Assembly (NCBI GenBank): GCA_039798785.1
Contig: JBDKFG010000010.1
Span: 1-64,000 of the forward strand
Origin: Verrucomicrobiota bacterium
GTDB lineage: Bacteria; Verrucomicrobiota; Lentisphaeria; Lentisphaerales; Lentisphaeraceae
DNA length: 64,000 nt
Direction of reading: 5' to 3'
Shown here piece after piece: positions 20,955 to 31,307 of the stretch. Position 1 is the first letter of the stretch, and each line of letters starts with the position of its first letter. A model generated the notes under the pieces. The model was not told where the DNA came from and made no database searches. It saw nothing but the letters and a program-made list of their open reading frames with translations. The translations under genes were made by a program, and so were the position numbers.

Positions 20955-21767
20955 TCAACAGCCAGTCGCGTCTGTACGATAGCTGCTCGCCACCAAGTCC
21001 AGCAATTCGTCGAAGACCTGCGGGCGGGCGGCGACGATGAGGCGCGATTCGCCGATGCGGTAGGGGCGGCCGAAGCCGTCGCCGACCCGGCAGCCGCTCT
21101 CTTCGAGGAAGAGCAGGGCGGCGGCAACGTCGTAAGGCTGCAGGTCGGATTCCCAGAAGCCTTGCAGCCAGCCGGCGGCGACGTAGGAGAGATCGAGCGC
21201 GGCGGAACCCATGCGGCGGATGTCGCGGCTGCGTCCCATCAGGGCCGCGGCGCAGCGGAAGAAGGCGGGCTGCAGGTCGAGCGAGCGGTAGGGGAAGCCG
21301 GTGCCGAGCAAGGCCTGGCGCAAACCCGGCGGCTCCCAGCTCGGTCTCATCAAGGGGACGCCGTTGTGCAAAAGCCCGCCGCCGCGGCGGGCGGCGAAGG
21401 TCTCGCCGGAGGCGGGGCGATGGACGACGCCCAGCACCGGCCGACCTTGAAACAAGAGGGCGATGCTGATCGAGAACTGATCCAGGCCGTTGAGATAATT
21501 GGTGGTGCCGTCGAGCGGATCGACCACCCATTCGAATTCCGCCGCGGCCTCGCGTCCGCTCTCTTCGCCCCAGAAGGACGAGCCGGGCAGGGCCTTGAGA
21601 AGCGCGGCGCGAAGCAGCTCTTCGGTGTGGCAATCGACCTCGGAAACCAGGTCGTTGAGCCCCTTTTCGCGACCGCCGCCAAGCTTGCGGAATCGACTCA
21701 ATTGATACTCCCCGGCGGGCCGAAGAGCATGAAGCACCGCTTGCAGCAGGGCCGTGTCGGGTATCAT
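20955..21767 (-). CDS. suhB: Inositol monophosphatase family protein
   Basis: GEES, WVVDPLDGTTNY, TGFPY, RRMGSAALDL, PYDVAA. Confidence 0.92.
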   Translation of the reverse strand: MIPDTALLQAVLHALRPAGEYQLSRFRKLGGGREKGLNDLVSEVDCHTEELLRAALLKALPGSSFWGEESGREAAAEFEWVVDPLDGTTNYLNGLDQFSISIALLFQGRPVLGVVHRPASGETFAARRGGGLLHNGVPLMRPSWEPPGLRQALLGTGFPYRSLDLQPAFFRCAAALMGRSRDIRRMGSAALDLSYVAAGWLQGFWESDLQPYDVAAALLFLEESGCRVGDGFGRPYRIGESRLIVAARPQVFDELLDLVASSYRTDATGC

Positions 21768-21792
21768 GGGAAACCTCTGGGGGAAAACGTTG

Positions 21793-21853
21793 ACACATCA
21801 AACACAAATAAACACGAATAAACGCTTCGTGTCTATTCGTGTTCATTCGTGAT
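21793..21853. repeat. Adjacent inverted decamer arrays
   Basis: aaacacaaat aaacacgaat ... ttcgtgtct attcgtgttc attcgtg. Confidence 0.75.
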
Positions 21854-21875
21854 TCAAGCCGCTAAGGAAATGGCA

Positions 21876-23195
21876 TCACAGCAGCTCGACGGCGGCCTCG
21901 GCGAGTTCGGAGCGTTCGCCCTTTTTGAGGCGGATGTGGGCGGCGAGGGAGTGGCCGCGGAAACGGCCGGAGACGTAGGAGAGGCCGTTGGAGTAGGCGT
22001 CCATGTAGGGGTGGTCGATCTGCTGGCAGTCGCCGGTGAGGATGATTTTCGAATTGCGGCCGACCCGGGTGATGATGGTCTTGGCTTCGAGGGGGGTGAG
22101 GTTCTGGGCCTCGTCAATGATCAGGTATTGGCCGGGGATGGAGCGGCCGCGGATGTAGGTGAGCGGCTCGACCTGGAGTTCGTCGATCTCGAGGAGGTTG
22201 GTGGGCAGGGCGGGGCGGCGGCTGCGGCGGTCGAGCGACTGGATCAGCTCGATGGCGTCGAAGATCGGCTGCATCCAGGGGCGCATCTTCTCCTGGATGT
22301 CGCCGGGCAGGTAGCCGATGTCCTTGCCCATCGGGATGGTCGGGCGGGCGACCAGGACGCGGTTGTAGAGGTAGTCCTTGAGCACCTTGCGGAGACCCGC
22401 GGCGACGGCGAGCAGGGTCTTGCCGGTACCGGCGGGGCCGAGCAGGGTGACCAGCTTGATCGAGTCGTCGAGGAGGGCTTCCATGACGAAGGTCTGCTCG
22501 ACGTTGAGAGGTTTCAGGCCGACCATGTCTTCACTGGCGAACTTCAGGGGAACCAAGGTGTTGCGCGCATGCTGGGCGACCCGGGCGAGGGCGAGGACCT
22601 TGCCGTCGGAAGAGGAATTCAAGGTGGCGAATTCATTGGATCGCAGGAGGTGGTCCTTGCTGTCGTAGGTCAGGGTGCCGTACTTCTGGAATTCGGCGAT
22701 CTGGGCCTCGTTGACGATGAGGCTGTGGACACCTTCATAGGAGAGGGCTTCGTCGAAGCGGTCCTTCTCATAACCTTCGGCATGCAGACCGAGGGCGTCG
22801 GCCTTGATCCGCAGATTCAAGTCCTTCGAGACGATGGTCACCCGCTTGTCCGGATGCTGCTGGCGCAGGCTGAGGGCGAAGGCAAGCATCGAGGAGTCGG
22901 CGCGGATGGTCGATTCCGACAGGGAGACTGGCATCGAAGGCTCTTTCAAGACGATCTGGACCAGGGCGCCGTTGTCGAGGGGAATGCCGTTGGTGAGCGA
23001 GCCTTTCGAACGCAGGGCGTCGATGCTGCGGTTGAACTGGCGGGCGTTTTTGCCCAGCTCGTTGACGTCGCGCTTGAAGCGGTCGACCTGCTCGATCACG
23101 TCGATGGGAATGATGATCAGACTGTCGGGAAAATTGAATACCGAAGACGCTTCGTGCAGAATGACCGTGGTATCCAAGATGTAGATATTGTCCAT
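21876..23195 (-). CDS. phoH: PIN-PhoH protein (YlaK/PhoH2 type)
   Basis: YILDTTVILH (PIN), GPAGTGKTLLA, YIRGRS, IDEAQNLT, LTGD..QID. Confidence 0.92.
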   Translation of the reverse strand: MDNIYILDTTVILHEASSVFNFPDSLIIIPIDVIEQVDRFKRDVNELGKNARQFNRSIDALRSKGSLTNGIPLDNGALVQIVLKEPSMPVSLSESTIRADSSMLAFALSLRQQHPDKRVTIVSKDLNLRIKADALGLHAEGYEKDRFDEALSYEGVHSLIVNEAQIAEFQKYGTLTYDSKDHLLRSNEFATLNSSSDGKVLALARVAQHARNTLVPLKFASEDMVGLKPLNVEQTFVMEALLDDSIKLVTLLGPAGTGKTLLAVAAGLRKVLKDYLYNRVLVARPTIPMGKDIGYLPGDIQEKMRPWMQPIFDAIELIQSLDRRSRRPALPTNLLEIDELQVEPLTYIRGRSIPGQYLIIDEAQNLTPLEAKTIITRVGRNSKIILTGDCQQIDHPYMDAYSNGLSYVSGRFRGHSLAAHIRLKKGERSELAEAAVELL

Positions 23196-23303
23196 CGCGC
23201 TTCTCCTCGGGTTGCTGTCTGATCAGGCCCGCACTTGCCGTGCCGAGTCCTTATCCCTAGCATGCCGGAATTCGCCGACAAAAGCAAGGGGAGAGGAGAT
23301 AAT

Positions 23304-24248
23304 TTATCGCGAAGAATTTTTCACTGCCGGGCTTTGCGTTTTCTCGGTGTTGACCTGAGCCGCCGACCAAAGGAGGAAGCCACCGAGAGCGAGGCGGTAG
23401 AAGCCGAAGGGGCGGAGCCCATAGCGTTTCAGGCCTTCGAGCAGCCAGGCGGCGGTGAGGGCGGCGCTGGTCGTGGCGATGAGCAGGGAACAAAGAGGCA
23501 GGGCCCAGCCGAAATGATGGAAGAGGTCTAGCCCCGCATCCTTCAGTTCCTTGACACATGCGGCGCTCAAGGTGATCAGCCCGAGCATGAAGGAGAATTC
23601 CACCGCGGCGGCAAGGCTGTAGCCGAGGGCGAAGGCGGCGAGCAGCACCACCAGGCTGCGCGAGGTGCCGGGGCACATCGCGATGCACTGGCATCCGCCG
23701 ATGATCAGGGCGTGCTGCCAGGGCATGGACTCGAGCTCCTTGCCACCCTGGCGACGGCGGACGTCAATGATCAAAAGGAGAATGCCGCCGATGATCAGGG
23801 CCCAGCCGATGCCGTTGAGGTTGAACAAATGCTCCTTGATCTTCTTGCTGAAAAGCAAGCCGACGACGACACAAGGAATGAAAGCGAGAATGAGATTGCC
23901 GAGATACCGGCGAGCTCCGGCCTCGCCTTTTTTGACGCCGTAAAGCACCGAGCCGATGCGCTGACGCCAGACCACGAAGACGGCGAAGATGGCGCCGATC
24001 TGGATGACGATGTTCAGCGAATTGCTGCTGACTTCATCAAGGCCGGTCAAACGCGAATACGCGACCAGGTGTCCGGTCGAACTCACCGGCAGGAACTCGG
24101 TCAATCCCTCGATCAATCCCAGCATCAAAGCATCGACGCCCCGCATGCCGCCGCGCTCCGGCAGCCAGATGGCCACGGCCGCACCGGCTAGAAGAAGAAA
24201 AATCAAGGCGAGATTCTGCTTGCGGCTGAGGCAGGGAGTGCTGGACAT
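23304..24248 (-). CDS. uppP: Undecaprenyl-diphosphate phosphatase
   Basis: LGLIEGLTEFLPVSSTGHL, IQIGAI, PGTSRS, EFSF, FGFYR. Confidence 0.93.
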   Translation of the reverse strand: MSSTPCLSRKQNLALIFLLLAGAAVAIWLPERGGMRGVDALMLGLIEGLTEFLPVSSTGHLVAYSRLTGLDEVSSNSLNIVIQIGAIFAVFVVWRQRIGSVLYGVKKGEAGARRYLGNLILAFIPCVVVGLLFSKKIKEHLFNLNGIGWALIIGGILLLIIDVRRRQGGKELESMPWQHALIIGGCQCIAMCPGTSRSLVVLLAAFALGYSLAAAVEFSFMLGLITLSAACVKELKDAGLDLFHHFGWALPLCSLLIATTSAALTAAWLLEGLKRYGLRPFGFYRLALGGFLLWSAAQVNTEKTQSPAVKNSSR

Positions 24249-24276
24249 GGATTTTCCTGAGATGGGGAACAAATGG

Positions 24277-24307
24277 AACCACGAATGGACACGAATGGGC
24301 ACGAATT
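24277..24307. repeat. Decamer array (cacgaatgg.)n
   Basis: aaccacgaatggacacgaatgggcacgaatt. Confidence 0.75.
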
Positions 24308-24339
24308 GCAAACGGCCAAGACGAATTCGTTCAGGTCGT

Positions 24340-24540
24340 GGCTCAAGCTTCCAGCTTGAGTTAAGAAAGGAGCACGGGCGTCCCGCCCGTGTTTCGACAG
24401 GCGGGACGCCTGTCCTCCTTTGAGCGCGCGGCTCAAGCTTCCAGCTTGAGTTGAGAAAGGAGCACGGGCGTCCCGCCCGTGTTTCGACAGGCGGGACGCC
24501 TGTCCTCCTTTGAGCGCGCGGCTCAAGCTTCCAGCTTGAG
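24340..24540. repeat. BIME-like REP cluster, 90-bp unit x2 plus a partial unit
   Basis: Unit: palindrome ctcaagct-tcc-agcttgag plus inverted REP pair aggagcacgggcgtcccgcccgtg / acaggcgggacgcctgtcctcct. Confidence 0.88.
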
Positions 24541-24606
24541 GAAGCAGCAGAACAAGGCCGGCCGGACGCCAGCGATCCAGTAGAGGAGCTGCAGCGCCAA
24601 TGCCGC

Positions 24607-25905
24607 TCACTCCTGATCCCAATCGAGGCGCATCACCGTGTCCTTCGACGGATCGCCGCCGTCATCGCTGAGATCGCCATGTCGGTTGATCGAATACACA
24701 GCGCGTTTGAGCGGCAGGTAGCGCATCGGCTTGCTGTCGGCGGGGTCCAAAGGCACGGCGTCGAGATAGGCCGGCACCAGCTCTTCGAGTTTCTCCGGCA
24801 GGCGCCCCTTGTCGAGTTCGTAGAGACGCAGCGCCGCAAGGGTGCGGATTTGGCGGTCCTTGGCGATGGTGATGAAGGTTTTCATGGCGATATTTTCGAG
24901 GGCAGGAAGCATCATTTTGAAAAAGATTCGTCCACCAAGATTGGGGCGAACAAAAAACATCACTCCCTTCTCTCCTGCAACGCGCTGGATTTGTTCATAG
25001 AATGTAACTGAGATGGCTTTGGCACTGGTAAAATCCTTGGCGTCACAGACAGGCAAAAGTTGCCGCATCAAATCGGTTTCGAGATTAAGGGTCTGATTAG
25101 GCTTGATGACGAGTCGTTTCGGGATAAAATCAAACGCCTTAGGGAGCTCAGTTTGGCTGCTCGGCTTGTTTTGGACCTCCGTTAAGAGATCTTCGAAAAA
25201 CAGGCACTCCCCCTGATAACCTTGTCGAAGGCCATCCCGCCAAAGCTGATCCCGGTCCGGAGCCGAGGTGATTTTTCTCAGGATTTCCCGATCCGAGCAA
25301 GCAGCGATGGCCTTGGCTTTGCTAGCGTTCAGGATGCCGCCGATGGCGACGCAGACGAGGTAGTGAATCAAGGAGTTGGTCTGTGCGGTGCTGTTATTGA
25401 TCCAGGCTTCACCCTCTGCGATCAAGACCAGGGCTTCCTCGGGCTTGCCACTCGCGATCAGGACATTCGCTCGTTGGACGAGGGAGTTAGTGACTTCGCG
25501 TGTGATGCCCAGTGCCGGCATGTAAGTCGATACGGCAGAAGCGCCGGGCTTGGGGATGCTGCGGAAGTAGGCCCCGGTTTTGAGGAGCGAGTCCAGCTCG
25601 ACCATCGCGACGGCATGTTTCTCGAGGATCGGCTTGACCTTGATCAGGGTGTCCTCTCGGCTGAGTTTTGAGGAGAGACTGTTGCGCTCCTTGTCCTGGC
25701 AAAGAGCCAGGATTGCAGCGCTGGATTCAAGCTTGGGCAGGATGTTATCCTTCGGGTCGCTGGGCGGCAGTTTCAGCGCCAGGTCGCTGCGGTCCTGCAG
25801 CGGTTCATCTTTGAGGTAGATGATGCCGAGGGCGAGCAGGAAAAAGAGGAAGGCCGAGAGGTAGATGAGCTTGCGGGCTCGGGGCGTGTTGGGTATTTCA
25901 GGCAT
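24607..25905 (-). CDS. Membrane-anchored hypothetical protein with pseudopilin-like C-terminus
   Basis: N-terminal TM helix; C-terminal ALRLYELDKGRLPEKLEELVPAYLDAVPLDP. Confidence 0.75.
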   Translation of the reverse strand: MPEIPNTPRARKLIYLSAFLFFLLALGIIYLKDEPLQDRSDLALKLPPSDPKDNILPKLESSAAILALCQDKERNSLSSKLSREDTLIKVKPILEKHAVAMVELDSLLKTGAYFRSIPKPGASAVSTYMPALGITREVTNSLVQRANVLIASGKPEEALVLIAEGEAWINNSTAQTNSLIHYLVCVAIGGILNASKAKAIAACSDREILRKITSAPDRDQLWRDGLRQGYQGECLFFEDLLTEVQNKPSSQTELPKAFDFIPKRLVIKPNQTLNLETDLMRQLLPVCDAKDFTSAKAISVTFYEQIQRVAGEKGVMFFVRPNLGGRIFFKMMLPALENIAMKTFITIAKDRQIRTLAALRLYELDKGRLPEKLEELVPAYLDAVPLDPADSKPMRYLPLKRAVYSINRHGDLSDDGGDPSKDTVMRLDWDQE

Positions 25906-26112
25906 CGTGGGCTCCGGGATAAGAAGGACTAAAACACCATTGGAGACGAAAAGCAAATGGCCACGCTCCTTTCGCCTTTATCCGTGTCCTCCGTGTTTTC
26001 CGTGGTGAAATTGCTCTTGCCGAGCTCCCACGGCCTTGAGGGAAAGGACTTTCGGAGTTCACTTGGGACGGATTTTCCCCCATAATCAAATCTTCAGATC
26101 TTAAAGGCGCCC

Positions 26113-29100
26113 ATGAAACTCGGCATCTTCATCCAGCGACCGGTGCTTGCCATCGTGCTCAGCCTCTTCGTAGTCATCGCCGGCCTGGCTTCGATCGGGC
26201 GTTTGCCGATTGCGCAATATCCCGACATCGCGCCGCCGATGGTCCAGGTCCGCACGGTCTATCCCGGGGCTTCCGCGGAAGTGGTCAACGCCAACGTCGC
26301 CAGCGTCATCGAGAATGCGGTCACCGGGGTCGAAGACTTCCTCTCCATGCAAGGCGGCTGCACTTCCAGCGGCGCCTACACCCTCGACATCAGCTTCCAG
26401 ATCGGTTCGGATCCCGACAAGGCCCTGATCAACGTCAACAACCTGATCAAGCAGGCGGAGGCGAAGCTGCCGCAGGAAGTCCGGCGCCAAGGCATCACCG
26501 TCACCAAGGGCACCTCAGGCTTCCTGATGGTCGTCGCCTTCACCAGCCCGGACGGCACCTTGAGCGACCTGGCGGTGTCGAACTACGTCACCCTCAACGT
26601 CCTCGACCGGGTGAAGCGGATCAAGGGGGTCGGCGAGGCGCGGGTCTTCGGCGCCAAGGACTATGCCTGCCGGATTTGGCTCAAGCCCGAGGCACTTGCT
26701 CTCCATGGCGTGACGGTTGACGAGGTCCGGCGTGCGGTGCAGTCACAGAACACCCTGTTTCCGGCAGGCAAGATCAATTCGCAGCCGTCTCTGCCTGGTG
26801 CTGAAATAGCGATGACGGTGATTGCCGGTGGTCGGCCGCAGACGGCGGAGGAGTTCGCCGCGATCGTGGTGGTCCGCGGCGGCAACGGCGGCCTGCTGCG
26901 GCTCGGCGATCTCGCCCGGGTCGAGATCGGGGCCAAGGACTACGACTTCGCCGGCACCAGCAACGGCAAGAACGCCGCGATGATGGGGGTGATGCTGCAA
27001 CCCGGTGCCAACGCCCTTGATGTCGCCGACGCGGTCAACGGGACGATCGACGCCTTGCGTCCGGAGTTCCCCGCAGGTCTGAGTGCCAAGGTGACCTACG
27101 AGACCTATCAGTTCATCCGGATCTCGATCCGCGAAGTGATCAAGACCCTGGTCGAGGCGATGATTCTCGTCACCCTCGTCGTCCTGCTCTTCCTGCAAAG
27201 CTTCCGGGCGACTTTGATTCCGATCCTGGCGGTGCCGGTGTCGCTGATCGGCACCTTCGCTCTGATGCATCTGCTCGGCTACTCGATCAACACCCTCACC
27301 CTCTTCGGCATGGTCCTGTCGATCGGCATCGTCGTCGACGACGCCATCGTGGTTCTGGAGAACGTCGAGCGCATCCGCCATGAGAAGAAGTGCGGCATCC
27401 GCGAAGCGGTGGCACTGGCGATGGCCGAGGTGACGACGCCGATCATCGCCATCGTTCTGGTCTTGATGGCGGTGTTTGTCCCGGTGTGTTTTGTCGGCGG
27501 CCTCACCGGCGAGCTGTACCGTCAGTTTGCGGTGACCATTGCGATCAGCGTCTTCATCTCCGGCCTGGTGGCCTTGTCGCTCACCCCCGCGCTTTGTGTG
27601 CAATTGCTCGATCGTCCTTTGAGAGAGCCGGCGGCGCCCTTCCGTCTTTTCAACCGCTTCTTCGACAGCTGCCGCGACCGTTACGGCCGCGCCGTCGGCT
27701 ACTTCCTTAAGCACAGCCTCGTCGGCCTGCTGCTCTTCCTCGCCCTGCTTGCGGCGACCGCACACCTGTGGAAGGCGACGCCGAAGTCGATGCTGCCTCC
27801 GGAAGATCAGGGCTTCTTCATCTGCGCCATCTCGCTGCCCGAAGGCGCCACCCTCGACCGCAGCCGCGCCGTCATCAAGCAACTCGACGCCATCGTCAAA
27901 CAGGTGCCCGAAATCCAGCATTTCACCGCCTTCGCCGGGATGGACTTCGCCAACGGTGGTGTCTTCCGCGGCAACGCCGGATCGTGCTTCTGCGTCCTCA
28001 AGCCCTGGGACCAGCGACATCGCAGTGCCGACGAGGTGATCGCTGATTTCACCCGCAGGACGATGGGGATCCAGGACGCCAACCTCTTCATCATGAACCC
28101 GGCGCCGATCCGCGGCCTCTCCAACACCGGCGGCTGGGAGCTGCAGTTGCAGAACCGTGGCGAGGGCGGACCGGCCCGCCTCGCGGCAGTCGCCAATGAA
28201 TTCCTTGCCGCCCTGCGCGCCGACAAGTCCGGGGTCATCCCGATGGCCTTCACCTCGTGGAGCGCCTTCTCGCCGCAGCTGCACGTCGTCCCCGACACCG
28301 AGAAGGCGGCCCAGCTCGGCGTGCCTCTGCCCGACATCTTCGACGCGCTTTCCAGCCTGATGGGGACGAGTTACGTCAACGACTTCAGCAAGTCCGGCCG
28401 CAACTGGCAGGTGCTGATGAGCGCCGAGCCCGGCTCGCGCCATTCCCCGGAAGACATCGGACGGATCCAGGTGAAGTCGAGCACGAGCGGCGCGATGATC
28501 CCCCTCTCCGAGCTGCTCAGCTGGCAGACGGGCAGCGGCCCCGATTACATTCCCCGTTACAACAACCTTCCCGCCTGCAAGCTGATGGGTGGCGTCGCCC
28601 CGGGCCACAGCTCGGGCGAGGCGATCGCCAAGCTCAAGGAGATCGCCGCGAAGGTGCTGCCCTCGGACTTCACTTACGAATTCGCCGGCGCCACCTACCA
28701 GGAGAACAAGGCGGGCAACGGCGGCCTCATCGCTCTCGGCCTGGCGGTGCTGATGATGTTCCTCATCCTCGCCGCCCTGTACAACGGCTGGACTCTGCCC
28801 TGGGTGGTTCTTCTCACCCTTCCCTTCGGCCTCTTCGGTGCGCTCGCTGCGGTTTTGCTCACCGGCCAGAGCAATGACGTCTATTTCCAGATCGGACTGA
28901 TCACCCTGCTCGGACTGACCGCCAAGAACGCCATCCTGATCGTCGAATTCGCCGAGTACCGCCGCGAGGCCGGGATCGATGCCGCCAGCGCCGCGAAAGA
29001 GGCGGCGATCCTGCGATTGCGGCCGATTTTGATGACTTCGCTCGCCTTCATCTTCGGGGTCCTGCCTCTGGCGATTTCGCAAGGGGCCGGCGCCGGCGCC

Positions 29101-29238
29101 CGCCGATCGGTCGGCACCGGGGTGATGGGAGGAATGATCGCCGCCACCTTCCTCGCCCTCCTCTTCGTGCCGCTGTTCTACAAGCTGGTGCGGGGAAGCA
29201 AGAAATCTCATGACCAAGATCGAGAAGCAAAATCATGA
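26113..29238 (+). CDS. RND efflux permease (AcrB/HAE1 family)
   Basis: FIQRPVLA, QYPDIAPP, IGIVVDDAIVVLENV, LTPALC, AKNAILIVEFA, RLRPILMTSLAF. Confidence 0.95.
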   Translation: MKLGIFIQRPVLAIVLSLFVVIAGLASIGRLPIAQYPDIAPPMVQVRTVYPGASAEVVNANVASVIENAVTGVEDFLSMQGGCTSSGAYTLDISFQIGSDPDKALINVNNLIKQAEAKLPQEVRRQGITVTKGTSGFLMVVAFTSPDGTLSDLAVSNYVTLNVLDRVKRIKGVGEARVFGAKDYACRIWLKPEALALHGVTVDEVRRAVQSQNTLFPAGKINSQPSLPGAEIAMTVIAGGRPQTAEEFAAIVVVRGGNGGLLRLGDLARVEIGAKDYDFAGTSNGKNAAMMGVMLQPGANALDVADAVNGTIDALRPEFPAGLSAKVTYETYQFIRISIREVIKTLVEAMILVTLVVLLFLQSFRATLIPILAVPVSLIGTFALMHLLGYSINTLTLFGMVLSIGIVVDDAIVVLENVERIRHEKKCGIREAVALAMAEVTTPIIAIVLVLMAVFVPVCFVGGLTGELYRQFAVTIAISVFISGLVALSLTPALCVQLLDRPLREPAAPFRLFNRFFDSCRDRYGRAVGYFLKHSLVGLLLFLALLAATAHLWKATPKSMLPPEDQGFFICAISLPEGATLDRSRAVIKQLDAIVKQVPEIQHFTAFAGMDFANGGVFRGNAGSCFCVLKPWDQRHRSADEVIADFTRRTMGIQDANLFIMNPAPIRGLSNTGGWELQLQNRGEGGPARLAAVANEFLAALRADKSGVIPMAFTSWSAFSPQLHVVPDTEKAAQLGVPLPDIFDALSSLMGTSYVNDFSKSGRNWQVLMSAEPGSRHSPEDIGRIQVKSSTSGAMIPLSELLSWQTGSGPDYIPRYNNLPACKLMGGVAPGHSSGEAIAKLKEIAAKVLPSDFTYEFAGATYQENKAGNGGLIALGLAVLMMFLILAALYNGWTLPWVVLLTLPFGLFGALAAVLLTGQSNDVYFQIGLITLLGLTAKNAILIVEFAEYRREAGIDAASAAKEAAILRLRPILMTSLAFIFGVLPLAISQGAGAGARRSVGTGVMGGMIAATFLALLFVPLFYKLVRGSKKSHDQDREAKS

Positions 29239-29699
29239 AATGCCGGAAAATATTTATTCTCGCGTCCCTCTGTCTCCTCTGTTCGTGCTCAATCCTGGCG
29301 GAGAAACGGGCACAGGGGCGGTCCTACGCCTCGGTGGACCACCTGAGGCAAATGATTCACCATGCTCTGAATCTCTCTGATTACGGTCGCGGTCCCATGC
29401 CGGAGGTTTTGCCTTGCGACTTCAAGACGCCTGGTGGTCGAGAATACATTCGTTTTTATCCGGTCGGCACGCGACCGAATCGGATCCATAATCCACACCT
29501 CACCCCGGCAATAGTCGAACCGGTGGAGGAGTTTGCCGAACAGGGCTGGGCCAACGTCGCGTTCATGGATGGCCATGTCGAGCGAGTTCAGGGACATTTC
29601 CGGCACCAGCAGGAGCTCTACGATGTTCTTCTGGCCCGGTGCAGCGGCGAGTGCCGAGCCCAGGTCGAGAGTTTCATTCAAGAGTTGAAGAAGTCCTGA
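29235..29699 (+). CDS. Putative lipoprotein with H-X9-DG motif
   Basis: Lipobox-like LCSC; ANVAFMDGHVE; ATGA overlap with the RND gene. Confidence 0.75.
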   Translation: MKCRKIFILASLCLLCSCSILAEKRAQGRSYASVDHLRQMIHHALNLSDYGRGPMPEVLPCDFKTPGGREYIRFYPVGTRPNRIHNPHLTPAIVEPVEEFAEQGWANVAFMDGHVERVQGHFRHQQELYDVLLARCSGECRAQVESFIQELKKS

Positions 29700-29724
29700 G
29701 ACCGGCAGTTCCGGCAGTGACTCA

Positions 29725-30273
29725 TCACCGCCAGCTCGAAGCTCGCGAGAAACAGCGCCGCCAGAGAGCCCGGCAAGGGGAATCGCCGCCTCCCCAGCCG
29801 CTCCGTTCCAGCCAGGTCTCCAGATCGATCACTTCGTCGAATCGCGGTTTCCCCTTCCGCTCCACACGACTCCAGTTCAAGTTGCTCGGTCCATCCGAAT
29901 CGCGACTCAGGCACATCTCAACATCAACTGCGCCGCAGTCCCAGTAGGCGACAAAGGCACCCTCGCGGACTCCGCAAAGTGGCGTCACGCCGCTGTTGTC
30001 ACTGGTCAGGCCAAAGAGCTTGCGGGCGCCGTAGCGCAAACTGAGCCGGCTGTGGGCCTGTTGATCCAAGCTGGTCCATCGTACGATCTCACCGAATTTG
30101 CGTTGGCCGCCAAGATCTCCGGCCTTCGCCGCCGCGACGGAATGGACGACGCGTTGACCGGGCTGATGCCAGACCCCGATCACCTCGTAGCCGAGCAGTC
30201 CGGCAAAGGCGAAGCAGAGGCCGGCAAAGATCCAGACGAACTTGAGAAAGTGGCGGCGACAGAAAGCGTTCAT
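29725..30273 (-). CDS. Hypothetical membrane-anchored protein
   Basis: ATG after GGAG, N-terminal TM segment; fills the gap between genes. Confidence 0.45.
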   Translation of the reverse strand: MNAFCRRHFLKFVWIFAGLCFAFAGLLGYEVIGVWHQPGQRVVHSVAAAKAGDLGGQRKFGEIVRWTSLDQQAHSRLSLRYGARKLFGLTSDNSGVTPLCGVREGAFVAYWDCGAVDVEMCLSRDSDGPSNLNWSRVERKGKPRFDEVIDLETWLERSGWGGGDSPCRALWRRCFSRASSWR

Positions 30274-30409
30274 GAAAACTCCGGAAAGGCCAGGGATAAT
30301 AGAGATCGCCGCGGTGATCTTGCTTCCCCTTCCATCCTTCAGTCCACCATTGCTTCCCGCCACTTCCGGCGTAGCTTCCCCGCACAAAAATCCAGGAGAC
30401 CCGCTTGAC

Positions 30410-31177
30410 ATGGATACTGAATTCGACGCTGAACTCGCGCCGCTGCGCCAACAACTGACCGCCCACCCGATCTACGCCGTCGTCAACAGCCCGGAACGCC
30501 TCAAGATCTTCATGGCCACTCATGTCCATTGCGTCTGGGACTTCATGTCGATCCTGAAGTCGCTGCAGCTCGCCTGCACCTGCGTCGAAATCCCCTGGGT
30601 GCCAAAGGGCGACCGAGAGATTCGCCGTCTGGTCAACGAGATCGTCCTCGGCGAAGAGAGCGATGTCCACCCCGACGGCGGCCACACCTCGCACCTCGAG
30701 CTCTACCTCGAGTCGATGCTCGCTGCCGGAGCTTGCGCCGCCCCCTTCCAACAGCTGCTGGCTGCGGCCGCTCAGGGTGAAGCGCCGGAAAGCGCCGCCC
30801 GCCGCCTCGGCGCCCCCGCCGGAGTCGCGGAATTCCTCGAGGCCACCTTCTCGGAATTGCGCCGCGGCCAATTGCATCGCATCGCCGCCGTCTTCACCTA
30901 CGGACGCGAAGACGTCATTCCCGAGATGTTCGAAGGCCTGACCCGCGCCGCCGCCGCCAAGGACCAGCAGCACTGGGGGCCCTTCCTCTACTACCTGCAG
31001 CGCCATATCGAGATCGACGGCGATGAACACGGTCCGATGGCGAAACGCCTCGTCAGCCTCGCCGTCGACGGCGACCCGGTGAAGCGCCGCGACGCTCTCG
31101 ATGCAGCCAAGACGGCCTTGCGAGCCCGTATACTTCTCTGGGACGCCACCTTGCCCCTGCTCGCTGCGCTGCGTTGA
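30410..31177 (+). CDS. DUF3050 family (heme oxygenase-like fold) protein
   Basis: HVHCVWDFMSILKSLQ, PWVP, EIVLGEESD, SHLELYL, GREDVIPEMF, RHIEIDGDEHGP. Confidence 0.88.
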   Translation: MDTEFDAELAPLRQQLTAHPIYAVVNSPERLKIFMATHVHCVWDFMSILKSLQLACTCVEIPWVPKGDREIRRLVNEIVLGEESDVHPDGGHTSHLELYLESMLAAGACAAPFQQLLAAAAQGEAPESAARRLGAPAGVAEFLEATFSELRRGQLHRIAAVFTYGREDVIPEMFEGLTRAAAAKDQQHWGPFLYYLQRHIEIDGDEHGPMAKRLVSLAVDGDPVKRRDALDAAKTALRARILLWDATLPLLAALR

Positions 31178-31307
31178 TCCACGAGCGGGCCCGTCGCGCT
31201 CTTGACAGTTTTTTTCGCCACCACCTCTTCCCGATCACAGCAGCCGATGTCATATTGACGGGCTTTGCCTAAAAGTCTCCACAGTCCAAAATCTCCGAAG
31301 GAAAATC

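Noticed and set aside
24340..24540. CRISPR-like array (ggctcaagcttccagcttgag x3)
   Set aside because: The intervening sequences are near-identical REP pairs, so this is a tandem BIME-like duplication.
24203..24622. 139-aa ORF with repeated peptide
   Set aside because: It is a translation of the REP/BIME cluster and unlikely to be coding.
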